64,000 nt of DNA from an uncultured Acidimicrobiaceae bacterium (GTDB lineage Bacteria; Actinomycetota; Acidimicrobiia; Spongiisociales; ZC4RG35): positions 4,354 to 68,353 of the forward strand of contig CAZYCX010000002.1 in assembly GCA_964645875.1 (NCBI GenBank). The letters run 5' to 3'. Below, one piece after another: positions 18,099 through 26,893 of the stretch. Position 1 is the stretch's first letter. Every line of letters begins with the position of its first letter. The notes under the pieces are model-generated. The model saw only the letters and a list, made by a program, of their open reading frames with translations. It did no database searches and was not told the DNA's origin. A program made the translations under genes and the position numbers.

Positions 18099-19282
18099 AA
18101 GGGAAGCCCAACGTAGTTCTCGGCCATTGCCCGCTGTGCGTTCTGCGAAGAGAACAAGTACTCGAGCTCGGTGCGTTGCAGTCGGCGATCGAAGTCGTTG
18201 GACATGCCGGGAAAGCGATGCATGGTCGAGGTCATCCACCACGAGAAACGAACCGCCTTCCAGACCCGCGCCAAGGCTCGGTCGGAGTACTCGTCGAGCC
18301 CGGTCTCCGACCCGTCCGAGTAGAAGCCGACCAGAGCCTCGGCCAGGTAGACCACGTCGGATATCGCCAGGTTGAGGCCTTTGGCTCCTGTTGGGGGCAC
18401 GATGTGCGCCGCGTCGCCGGCGAGGAAGAGACGACCGTGACGCAGAGGCTCCGACACCCAGCTTCGAAGGGGCGTGACGGACTTTTCGATCGACGGGCCG
18501 GTGACGAGCCGATCGGAGGCCTCGTTGGGGAGTCGTGCCGCGAGCGTCTCCCAGAAGAGATCATCGGGCCAGTCGTCGGGGGTGTCGTCCGCCGCGCCTT
18601 GAACGTAGTAGCGGCTCAGGTTCTCGTTGCGCATCGAGCAGAGGGCGAACCCGTCAGGGTGGTTGGCGTAGATCAGCTCGTCGTTGACCGGTGGGGTCTC
18701 GGAGAGGATGCCGACCCACACGAAGGGGTAGAGCCGCTCGAATGTCTCCCGGATCGAGGACGGCACGAACTCCCGGGTGGTGCTGTGGGCGCCGTCACAA
18801 CCGGCGATGAAGTCACAGGAGAGCTCATGCCCTTCTCCATGGCGGGTGAAGGTGACGGTGGGTGAGTCGGTCTCGATCCCGTGGAGGCCGATGCTCTCCG
18901 CTTCGTCGACCAGCGTGATCCCTGCCCCATCGATGGCCTCATAGAGATCTCTCTGCAATTGGGTCTGGCCGTAGATGATCACGTGCTTGCCGGTGAGCTC
19001 CTTGAAGTTCACGTTCAGCAGGGTGTCGGCGAAGGCGAGATTGACCCCGTCGTGGAAGAAACCCTCCCGGTCCATGCGGTCGCCGAGCCCTGCCTGTCTG
19101 AGGACCTCGCCGCTGCCGTACTCGATGACTCCGGCGCGAATCCGCTCCAGGACGTATTCACGGGTGCGCAGCTCGAGCACGATCGACTCCACGCCCTGGA
19201 GATGGAGGAGATAGGCGAGCAGCGACCCGGCAGGTCCCCCACCGACGATCGCCACCTGGGTCTTGTCACCGGTCTCGCTCAT
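18095..19282 (-). CDS. pobA: 4-hydroxybenzoate 3-monooxygenase
   Basis: VAIVGGGPAGSLL FAD motif, 395 aa, PobA-family collinearity (LAGDAAHIVPPTGAKGLN). Confidence 0.85.
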   Translation of the reverse strand: MSETGDKTQVAIVGGGPAGSLLAYLLHLQGVESIVLELRTREYVLERIRAGVIEYGSGEVLRQAGLGDRMDREGFFHDGVNLAFADTLLNVNFKELTGKHVIIYGQTQLQRDLYEAIDGAGITLVDEAESIGLHGIETDSPTVTFTRHGEGHELSCDFIAGCDGAHSTTREFVPSSIRETFERLYPFVWVGILSETPPVNDELIYANHPDGFALCSMRNENLSRYYVQGAADDTPDDWPDDLFWETLAARLPNEASDRLVTGPSIEKSVTPLRSWVSEPLRHGRLFLAGDAAHIVPPTGAKGLNLAISDVVYLAEALVGFYSDGSETGLDEYSDRALARVWKAVRFSWWMTSTMHRFPGMSNDFDRRLQRTELEYLFSSQNAQRAMAENYVGLPL

Positions 19283-19359
19283 GTGTGGTCTATCCTTACC
19301 GACTGAGGCTATCGGGCTGTGACGAGGGCACGCTTGACACGTGTATAGCCAATTCGTAC

Positions 19360-19376
19360 GGTTCTCGCACAAATGT
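19360..19376. promoter_or_regulatory. candidate IclR/PcaR-type operator in pobA / pcaIJ divergent promoter (GTTCGTAATGCGAAC)
   Basis: GTTCG-n5-CGAAC inverted ends; nearby TTCGTA direct repeat; resembles 15-bp PcaR-box architecture (inference). Confidence 0.3.
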
Positions 19377-19406
19377 TCGTAATGCGAACGCGGAGGGACT
19401 GCTGAA

Positions 19407-20279
19407 TTGGCCGAGATCACCTCACTGCACACGGCGATCGCCGATCTGGTCGATGATGGCTCTGTCGTTGCGATGGAGGGTTTCACCCATCTCATCCCCG
19501 TCGCTGCCGGCCACGAGGTGATCCGACAGGCGAAACGGGGCCTCACACTGATCCGGATGACCCCCGATGTCATCTACGACCAGTTGATCGGGGCGGGATG
19601 TGCCGCCAAGCTGATCTTCTCCTGGGGTGGTAATCCCGGTGTCGGATCACTCCATCGACTGCGCGACGCAGTCGAGCACGGACACCCTCGTCCCCTCGAG
19701 ATCGAAGAGCACACCCATGCCGGCATGGCAGCCCGTTACTCCGCCGGGGCCGCCGGGCTCCCTTTCGGCATCCTCCACGGCTACCTCGGCACCGACCTGA
19801 GTGCGAACACCAACGTCGCCACCCTCACCTCTCCGTTCGACGGACAGGAGGTGACGGCGGTGCCTGCCATCAACCCCGACGTGGCGGTGATCCACGCCCA
19901 GCAGGCGGACAGACGGGGCAACGTGGGTTTGTGGGGTATCACGGGAGTGCAGCGTGAGGTGGCCCTGGCCGCACGAAGAGTGGTGGTCACCGTCGAGGAG
20001 GTGGTCGGTGACATCGAGTTCCGGGGCCCCAACGGTGTGGTTCTCCCCTCGTGGACGATCGACGCCATCGCCGAAGTCCCGCGCGGGTCCCACCCCTCCT
20101 ACTCGATGGGGTACACCGAACGGGACAACGCCTTCTACACCCGGTGGGATGCCATCTCGAGGGATCGTGAGGTCTTTGCCAGGTGGATCGAGAGGTATGT
20201 CACCGGACCGGACGATTTCTCCACATATCTGTCCGCGGTGGACGATGACTCGGTGACCTCCCTGGTGGCCGATGACTGA
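19407..20279 (+). CDS. pcaI: 3-oxoadipate CoA-transferase subunit A (glutaconate CoA-transferase family)
   Basis: CoA-transferase family I alpha subunit layout; precedes subunit B and IclR regulator. Confidence 0.8.
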   Translation: MAEITSLHTAIADLVDDGSVVAMEGFTHLIPVAAGHEVIRQAKRGLTLIRMTPDVIYDQLIGAGCAAKLIFSWGGNPGVGSLHRLRDAVEHGHPRPLEIEEHTHAGMAARYSAGAAGLPFGILHGYLGTDLSANTNVATLTSPFDGQEVTAVPAINPDVAVIHAQQADRRGNVGLWGITGVQREVALAARRVVVTVEEVVGDIEFRGPNGVVLPSWTIDAIAEVPRGSHPSYSMGYTERDNAFYTRWDAISRDREVFARWIERYVTGPDDFSTYLSAVDDDSVTSLVADD

Positions 20280-21048
20280 CCTCAACTACACCTCCGACGA
20301 GATCATGTCGATCGTGGCTGCCCGCCAACTCCGCGACGGGCAGGTGTGCTTCGTCGGCATCGGCCTCCCCAGCGAAGCGGCCAACCTGGCCCGTCTCTCC
20401 CACGCCCCCGAGGTGGTGCTCATCTACGAGTCCGGGACCATCGGCACCCGGCCCGAGGTCCTGCCCCTCTCCATCGGTGATGGAGAGTTGGCCGAGCAGG
20501 CCGACCTGGTGGTGAGTGTCCCCGAGATCTTCGCCTACTGGCTGCAGGCAGGACGGGTCGACATCGGTTTTCTCTCCGCCGCTCAGATCGATCGCTTCGC
20601 CAACCTCAACAGCACGGTCATCGGCCCGTACGACGACCCCAAGGTGCGTCTCCCCGGAGCAGGGGGCGCGCCGGAGATAGCCTCTTCGGCAGGTGAGGTG
20701 ATCGTGATGCTGCGGCACTCGGAGCGCACGTTCGTCGAGACCGTCGACTTCGTGTCATCGGTCGGGTTCGGACGGAGCGGAGAAGGGAGGGAGGGCCATC
20801 GCGGAGCAGGGCCCACCGTGGTGATCACCGATCTGGGGGTGTTGCAGCCCCACCCGACGAGTCACGAGCTGGAGTTGGTGGCGATTCATCCGGGTGTCGA
20901 CACCGAAGAGATCGTCGAGAAGACTGGGTGGGCACTGCGGCTAGCCCAAGATCTCGATGTGACCGACCCTCCCACGGCCGACGAGCTGCGCATCCTCCGC
21001 GATCTCAAGGAGCGCACCGCGACGGCCCACTCGGGGGAGGGGAAGTGA
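20272..21048 (+). CDS. pcaJ: 3-oxoadipate CoA-transferase subunit B
   Basis: Beta subunit with catalytic-Glu region (SESG-like), overlaps pcaI end. Confidence 0.8.
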   Translation: MTDLNYTSDEIMSIVAARQLRDGQVCFVGIGLPSEAANLARLSHAPEVVLIYESGTIGTRPEVLPLSIGDGELAEQADLVVSVPEIFAYWLQAGRVDIGFLSAAQIDRFANLNSTVIGPYDDPKVRLPGAGGAPEIASSAGEVIVMLRHSERTFVETVDFVSSVGFGRSGEGREGHRGAGPTVVITDLGVLQPHPTSHELELVAIHPGVDTEEIVEKTGWALRLAQDLDVTDPPTADELRILRDLKERTATAHSGEGK

Positions 21049-21830
21049 CGGACAGGGGCCACTCCGCCGATTTCATCCAGTCCCTCGAGCGTGGCCTGTC
21101 GGTGATCAACTCGTTCTCCGGTGAGAACCCGGGCCAGACGCTCAGTGAGGTGGCGGAGCACACCGGACTCACCCGAGCCACCGCGCGACGGGTGTTGCTG
21201 ACCCTCGCCGAGCTCGGATACGTCGATCAGCGAGGACGGTCGTTCGCCCTCACGCCGAAGGTCCTCGAACTGGGATACTCATTCCTCTCGTCATTGCGAG
21301 TGGTCGACGTCGCCCAGCCCTCCATGGAGCGGCTGGTCGACCAGGTCCGGGAGTCGTCTTCGATGTCCGTTCTCGACGGGCCCGATATCGTCTACGTAGC
21401 CCGGGTCCCCACGAAGCGAATCATGACCATCGCCCTGGCGCTGGGGTCGCGTCTCCCTGCCTACCCGACGTCGATGGGTCGCGTCCTCCTCGCCGGGTTG
21501 GCCGATGAGGAACTCGAAGGGTTCATCGAGCGAACCGACCTCGAGGAGCTGACCCCCTACACCATTACCCACCGGGAACGGTTCCGCGAACTGATCCACA
21601 AGTGTCGTGAAGAAGGCTTCGCACTGGTGGACCAGGAGCTGGAGGAGGGCGTGCGCTCGATCGCGGCACCGATCAGGAACCGCAGAGGCGAGGTCATCGC
21701 AGCGATGAACGTCAGCTGTCATGCCTCCCGCGTCGACATCGAGGGCATGCACGAGGTGTTCAAGCCCAAGCTGCTGGAGACGGCAGCAGAGATCAACGAG
21801 CGGATCCGGGGGCTGGCCGTCCGTATATGA
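21045..21830 (+). CDS. pcaR: IclR family transcriptional regulator (PcaR/PcaU-like)
   Basis: GTG overlapping pcaJ stop after GGGGGAGGGG; N-terminal wHTH (LSEVAEHTGLTRATARRVLLTLAELGYV) + IclR effector domain. Confidence 0.8.
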   Translation: MTDRGHSADFIQSLERGLSVINSFSGENPGQTLSEVAEHTGLTRATARRVLLTLAELGYVDQRGRSFALTPKVLELGYSFLSSLRVVDVAQPSMERLVDQVRESSSMSVLDGPDIVYVARVPTKRIMTIALALGSRLPAYPTSMGRVLLAGLADEELEGFIERTDLEELTPYTITHRERFRELIHKCREEGFALVDQELEEGVRSIAAPIRNRRGEVIAAMNVSCHASRVDIEGMHEVFKPKLLETAAEINERIRGLAVRI

Positions 21831-21877
21831 GTCCTTGCTCTATATGAGTCCTTGCTCTGCCCCGGTCACCGACAGGC

Positions 21878-22399
21878 TCAGATGGGTCGATCGCCGGGTG
21901 ACCGGACCCGCTCCATCGCCTCGACCCCTTCACCGTTCCCAAGAGGGACCACTGAGAGGCTGCCGTCGGTTTCGAGTACGGCTGCCGCGCCGCTGCCATT
22001 CGCGATGCTGTTGGCCCGCATCGCGGCCTGGACCTCCTCGTGGGTGATCCTCTCCCGGCGCAGCACGTCCTCGAGGTACTCGCCCTTCCAGTAGACGAGC
22101 TGAGGAGTGCCCTTCACGATCGACTCGAACCGCTCCGACCGCACATAGATGGAGGATGCGACCCACTGCAGGGTCACCAGAAGTGCAATGGCCACCACGC
22201 CGTCGGCAAGGGGAACCATGTCGGAGATGAGAAGTGTGGCAAAGGCAGAGCCGAGGGCGATGGTGATTACGAAGTCGAATGCGTTCATCTTCGACAGAGT
22301 CCGTTTGCCACTCAACCGCAGCATGAAGACGAGGGCGACGTAGCCCAGGGTCCCGTGGACGAAGATCCGGAGTAACGACTCCCAACTGTCGAACCACAC
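21878..22399 (-). CDS. DUF421 (YetF-like) membrane protein
   Basis: N-terminal 3 TM + C-terminal soluble DUF421-like domain (KGTPQLVYWKGEYLEDVLRRERITHEEV). Confidence 0.7.
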   Translation of the reverse strand: MWFDSWESLLRIFVHGTLGYVALVFMLRLSGKRTLSKMNAFDFVITIALGSAFATLLISDMVPLADGVVAIALLVTLQWVASSIYVRSERFESIVKGTPQLVYWKGEYLEDVLRRERITHEEVQAAMRANSIANGSGAAAVLETDGSLSVVPLGNGEGVEAMERVRSPGDRPI

Positions 22400-22413
22400 G
22401 ATGGCTTAGCAGG

Positions 22414-22641
22414 TCAGGAAACTACGAAGGTGATCTTGAGATTGACGTCGTATCCGGTGATGGCGCCGTTCTCGACGACGACCTTCTGTTCTTTCACCCA
22501 GGCGCCTTCGATGTTGTCGACGGTCTCTCCCGCCTTGCCTATGGCCATCTGGATGGCGTCCTCGAAGCTGTCGGTTGAGCGTGCGCTGAGCTCGATGACC
22601 TTTGCTACTGACACGGTTTTCTCCTTCTGTTGCCGTGTCAT
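22414..22641 (-). CDS. dodecin (flavin-binding) family protein
   Basis: 75-aa protein VAKVIELSARSTDSFEDAIQMAIGKAGETVDNIEGAWVKEQKVVVENGAITGYDVNLKITF matching dodecin fold pattern. Confidence 0.75.
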   Translation of the reverse strand: MTRQQKEKTVSVAKVIELSARSTDSFEDAIQMAIGKAGETVDNIEGAWVKEQKVVVENGAITGYDVNLKITFVVS

Positions 22642-22677
22642 GCCACTACCCGACCGGGGCCGGTGGTAAACGGGACG

Positions 22678-24333
22678 CTAAGAGCCCGTTGCCTCCGGCA
22701 GGGCGCGTTCGAGGAGGTCGGCGACCGGTGTGCTGGGGGGAAGGGTCCCGAAGAGCGAACCGTGGTCGTCGTCGAGACGGGAGGCGGCGTAGGCCTCGAA
22801 CACCCCAGGTTCGCCATGGCGCGCCAGGAGTGAGCCGGCCCAGGTGGTCGCCAGTCGCTCGACGACTCTCCTCGCCTCGAACTCCAGGTCGTCGGCTCCC
22901 CCGATGGCCGATTTCGCTCCCTCGATGGCCCGGTCGAGCCTGGTGTCCAGGCCGGACGCCAGATCGAGCTCGGCGAGGAACATCTGGAGGCTGTCAGGAG
23001 ACCGGCTCGCCGCCCGGAGCACGTCCAATGCGATGACGTTTCCCGAACCCTCCCAGATCGCGTTGAGCGGTGACTCCCGGTAGAGACGGGGCATGATCGA
23101 CTCCTCCACATAACCGTTGCCGCCGAGGCACTCCAGCGCCTCCCTCACGGTTTCGCTGGTTCGCTTGGTCACCCAGTACTTGGCGATGGGCAGGGCGATT
23201 CGCTTCATCGCCGCCTCGGCCGGGTCGTCGTCGGCGCGGTCGAAGGCACCGGCGAGACGCGTCATCATCAATGTGGCCGCCTCGGTCTCCACCTCGAGGT
23301 CGGCGACGACGTTCTGCATCAACGGCTTGTCGATGAGTTTCGAGCCGAACGCTGCCCGATGGGAGACGTGCCAGGCGGCTTGGGAGACGGCCTGGCGCAT
23401 CAGCGCAGCCGAGCCGATGACGCAGTCGAGCCGGGTGCCGTTGACCATCTCGATGATGGTGGGCACGCCACGGCCTTCCTCACCGACCATGACCGCCCAG
23501 GCTCGGTCGAACTCGACCTCGGACGAGGCGTTGGACCGGTTGCCCAGCTTGTCCTTGAGCCTCTGGATGTGGAACCTGTTCAACTCTCCTTCGGGAGTCC
23601 ACCGCGGGAGCAGGAAACACGACAGCCCCCCTGGGGCGTGTGCCAGCACCAGGAAGGCATCGCACATCGGTGCCGACGTGAACCACTTGTGCCCGGTGAT
23701 GCGGTATCCGCCTCCCGGTCCTCCACCATTCAACGGCTCCGCCCGGGTGGTGTTGGCGCGGACGTCCGACCCGCCCTGCTTCTCGGTCATGCCCATGCCC
23801 ATGAGCAGCCCCTTCTTGTCCGACGCAGGCTGGAAGGAGGGGTCATAGGTGCGACTGACGATGCCGGGCACCCATTCGCCGGCGACTTCCGGTGTCGTGA
23901 GGAGAGCGGGGATGACCGAATAGGTCATGGAGATCGGGCAGTTGTGGCCCGACTCGACCTGACCGGAGATGTAGGTGAGCGCCGCCCGCACGACATGAGC
24001 GCTCTCGGGCGGGTCGTCCTCCCAAGGCAGGCTGTGGTGCCCATTGGCGACCGCGGTTTCCATCAATTGGTGCCAGGCGGGGTGAAACTCCACCACGTCG
24101 ACCCGATGCCCGAACCGGTCGTGGGTGACCAGCCTGGGATCGTTGCGGTTGGCCTCGAAACCCCAGCGGTAATACCCCGCCGAGCCTGCGGTCGCCCCGA
24201 ACTCGATCAGGATGTCGCGACTGTCCTTTCCGCCCTCCCGGGCGACGGCGCGGTCCAGAACGGGGTCGCTCAGGTAGAGGTCGTAACCCTCGAGCGGCGG
24301 AGGTTGGTTGAGCACTTCATGGGTTTGGCTCAT
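22678..24333 (-). CDS. aidB: AidB-like acyl-CoA dehydrogenase (551 aa)
   Basis: Long ACAD with N-terminal extension, central ACAD middle domain (GHKWFTSAP), C-terminal helical domains; AidB-sized. Confidence 0.75.
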   Translation of the reverse strand: MSQTHEVLNQPPPLEGYDLYLSDPVLDRAVAREGGKDSRDILIEFGATAGSAGYYRWGFEANRNDPRLVTHDRFGHRVDVVEFHPAWHQLMETAVANGHHSLPWEDDPPESAHVVRAALTYISGQVESGHNCPISMTYSVIPALLTTPEVAGEWVPGIVSRTYDPSFQPASDKKGLLMGMGMTEKQGGSDVRANTTRAEPLNGGGPGGGYRITGHKWFTSAPMCDAFLVLAHAPGGLSCFLLPRWTPEGELNRFHIQRLKDKLGNRSNASSEVEFDRAWAVMVGEEGRGVPTIIEMVNGTRLDCVIGSAALMRQAVSQAAWHVSHRAAFGSKLIDKPLMQNVVADLEVETEAATLMMTRLAGAFDRADDDPAEAAMKRIALPIAKYWVTKRTSETVREALECLGGNGYVEESIMPRLYRESPLNAIWEGSGNVIALDVLRAASRSPDSLQMFLAELDLASGLDTRLDRAIEGAKSAIGGADDLEFEARRVVERLATTWAGSLLARHGEPGVFEAYAASRLDDDHGSLFGTLPPSTPVADLLERALPEATGS

Positions 24334-24418
24334 GATCTCAGGATACGACTCGCGGCTAGGTTCGTGACCGGGTGCCCGCGAGTCATCCGTGGTCGGCGGA
24401 GGCCACGAAAGGATTCAC

Positions 24419-24844
24419 ATGAGATTGCACGAGACACGTCAGATCGACCGGCCACTCGAGGAGGTCTTCGCCTTCACGGCCGACTTCGCCAACGCCGAGA
24501 ACTGGGACCCGGGAGTGGCATCCTCGCGCCGGATCGACGACGGGCCTCCCGGTGTGGGGGCGCGATACGACGTCATGGTCGCCTTCGGCTCGAGGGAGAT
24601 TCCGATGACCTACGTGATCACCGACTGGGAGCAGGACTCCCGGGTGGTTCTCCACGGCAAGGGAGACACCATCGAGGCCATCGATGAGATCCGATTCGAG
24701 GGCCGGGATGGAGGAACTCTCGTGGACTACACCGCCGACATCACCTTCACCAACTGGATTCGCTTCGTCGCGCCCCTCATGTCTCCTGTCCTGCGTGGCG
24801 TCGGGGAGAAGGCGCTCGACGGTTTGGTTCGGGCTCTGGAGTGA
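24419..24844 (+). CDS. SRPBCC (START/polyketide cyclase-like) family protein
   Basis: 141-aa ligand-binding fold pattern (IDRPLEEVFAFTADFANAENWDP). Confidence 0.65.
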   Translation: MRLHETRQIDRPLEEVFAFTADFANAENWDPGVASSRRIDDGPPGVGARYDVMVAFGSREIPMTYVITDWEQDSRVVLHGKGDTIEAIDEIRFEGRDGGTLVDYTADITFTNWIRFVAPLMSPVLRGVGEKALDGLVRALE

Positions 24845-25373
24845 TGAGTCTCCTCTCCGTCTCCTCGTTCACCAACATCGGCTACTGGCTGCACTCGAGG
24901 GACCATGAGCCGGTGGAAGCCGACATGACCGGGCAGACGGTCGTGGTCACCGGCGCCACCGGAGGTCTGGGCCGAGCCGGGGCCGAGGGGTTGGCGGCAC
25001 TGGGGGCGCCGACGCTGGTCGTCGGCCGCACCACCGACAAACTCGCTCGAGTTGAGGCCGAGATCACCGGGGAAGTCGTCGGATACCGGGCGACCTGAGC
25101 CTCATGTCCGAGATCCGCCAGCTAGCCGGTCGGCTCCTCGACGAGGAGGAGCGCATCGACAGCCCGAAACAGGGAGCTGACACCATGGTCTGGCTGACCG
25201 CGGTTCCTGACCCGGCGAAGAAGTCCGGTGAGTTGTGGTTCGACCGGGAGGTCCTGCCCAAACACTTCCTGGATCGAACTCGGGAGACGCCCGAGGAGAG
25301 GGAGCAGCTATGGGAGCGACTCGTTGAGATCACCGGGTGCGACCTACCCGACCTCTCCGGAGTGGAGCGCTGA
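24841..25373 (+). pseudogene. short-chain dehydrogenase/reductase pseudogene (N-terminal Rossmann part and C-terminal tail present; catalytic core deleted; frameshift)
   Basis: TGQTVVVTGATGGLGRAGAEGLAALGA (TGxxxGxG) in frame 1 ends at stop 25098. Frame 0 from 25104 encodes only the SDR C-terminal tail (SPKQGADTMVWLTAVPD...GELWFD). No NNAG/YxxxK region exists between them. Confidence 0.6.
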
Positions 25374-26491
25374 TGGGCGCCGTCATAGTCGGCACCGGCA
25401 TGTCGATACCCGCGAACGTGGTCAGCAACCACGACCTGGCCCGGATCATGGACACCACCGACGATTGGATCACAACGAGGACCGGAGTCAAGGAGCGGCG
25501 GTTCGTCGATCCTGGGGTTGGCTCCTCCGATCTCGCCGTGGAGGCGGTCGCAGCGGCGTTGGATGACGCCGGGGTGGCACCCGGCTCCGTGAGTGCTCTC
25601 ATCACGGCCACCATGACCCCCGACTATCTGGCCCCCGGCATAGCCGGGCTGGTGCAGGCCGGAGCCGGGATGGGCCACATCGCCGCCTACGACCTCCGAC
25701 AGCAGTGCAGCGGCTTTCTCTACGGCCTCGACCTCGCCGACGCTCTGATCACGAGCGGGCGGGCAGAGACGGTGGTGGTGGTCGGTGCCGAGGTTCACGC
25801 CGGGTTCCAACCATGGAGCGAGGAGTCCTGGCGCGCCGTCCTCGGCCAGAGTGGTGAGGTCAGCGACGACGCCTATACCCGCAACACCGCCTATCGCGCC
25901 TGGAGCGTCCTGTTCGGAGACGGCGCCGGAGCGATGGTGCTCCGTGCCGGTGAAGCCGACGGTGAGGGGATCCTGGCAACGTCGCTGCACACCGACGGTG
26001 AGTCGTTCGAGCTGATCTGGGTGCCCGGAATTGGCTCCAAGTCCCGGCCCTATGTGTCGGTCGCCGACGTCGAGACGGATCAGCATCTACCCCGTATGGA
26101 CGGGGCCGGGTTGTTACGCAGCGCGGTTCGTCTCATGCCGGAGGCGGCGCGGTCGGTTCTCGACAAGTCGGGTCTCGAGCTCGACGACGTCGACGTGGTG
26201 GTCGCCCACCAGGCCAACCACCGGATTCTCGACGGCGTCCGCAAACAGTTCGGCATCGGAGCGGAGAAAGTGCCTTCCAACATCGGCGCCTATGGCAACA
26301 CGACTGCCGGCACCTTGCCCATCCTCTACCACGAATTGCGGTCGGCCGGCCAGGTTGCTCCCGGAACCCTGGTGTGCTTCGCCGCCTTCGGTGCCGGAGC
26401 CCACTACGGCGCTGCCCTCTACCGGGAGCCCCGGGGCCGTCTCGTAGGCCGCGATGGCCCTGACCCGGGCCATGCCGCGAACACCTTGTAA
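25373..26491 (+). CDS. FabH-like 3-oxoacyl-ACP synthase III paralog 1 (372 aa, insert-containing)
   Basis: Catalytic triad contexts QQCSGF (Cys), HQANHRI (His), GNTTAGTLP (Asn); ATG overlaps SDR-pseudogene stop. 19-aa non-conserved C-terminal tail. Confidence 0.8.
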   Translation: MGAVIVGTGMSIPANVVSNHDLARIMDTTDDWITTRTGVKERRFVDPGVGSSDLAVEAVAAALDDAGVAPGSVSALITATMTPDYLAPGIAGLVQAGAGMGHIAAYDLRQQCSGFLYGLDLADALITSGRAETVVVVGAEVHAGFQPWSEESWRAVLGQSGEVSDDAYTRNTAYRAWSVLFGDGAGAMVLRAGEADGEGILATSLHTDGESFELIWVPGIGSKSRPYVSVADVETDQHLPRMDGAGLLRSAVRLMPEAARSVLDKSGLELDDVDVVVAHQANHRILDGVRKQFGIGAEKVPSNIGAYGNTTAGTLPILYHELRSAGQVAPGTLVCFAAFGAGAHYGAALYREPRGRLVGRDGPDPGHAANTL

Positions 26492-26550
26492 GGGTCTCCC
26501 TGGTTGGTGAGTATCGAGCCCGGCGGATGGACGTACCCCTTCGTGGCCGA

Positions 26551-26893
26551 TCAGCTCGCAGCGTGCTCCGACTCGATGGTCTCTCCGCAGCCCATACGAG
26601 GTGACCTCCGAGTTGACGTGGACGACATCTGCGCTCAAGGCTCCGGCCACTCTCGGAACCACCAGGCTGGGATCGCCGTGTTCCACCCTCAGACGCCCCC
26701 CTTGCTCGGAGAGTTGGCTGTCGAGATCGGCGAGGCCGGCGACCAGGAGATCGCGACGCCGCGGCGAACATCGGTCGGAGAGTCCCGGATCGATGACGAA
26801 GAGAACACAAACGGCCCCTTCCTGCGCGGCCGTCACGAGGGCCGGGTTGTCGTCGAGGCGGACGTCGCGGCGCAGCCAGCGGAGGGAGGTCAC
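26551..26893 (-). pseudogene. deoxyribodipyrimidine photolyase N-terminal fragment (truncated remnant)
   Basis: MTSLRWLRRDVRLDDNPAL...SPRRRDLLVAGLADLDSQL...ADVVHVNSEVTSYGLRRDHRV matches photolyase alpha/beta domain for about 113 aa only. Rest of ORF 26114..26893 is antisense to fabH-like gene; no FAD-binding domain. Confidence 0.55.

Noticed and set aside
23359-24687. 442-aa plus-strand ORF antisense to the AidB-like ACAD
   Set aside because: No motifs, composition artefact; ACAD frame is strongly supported.
25064-26086. 340-aa minus ORF antisense to FabH-like gene 1, and 26133..27026 (297 aa)
   Set aside because: Spurious; FabH frame carries the full catalytic triad.
26114-26550. C-terminal two-thirds of the photolyase-like ORF 26114..26893
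   Set aside because: Homology to photolyase stops after about 113 aa. The remainder is antisense read-through of the fabH-like gene, so only a truncated remnant is called.
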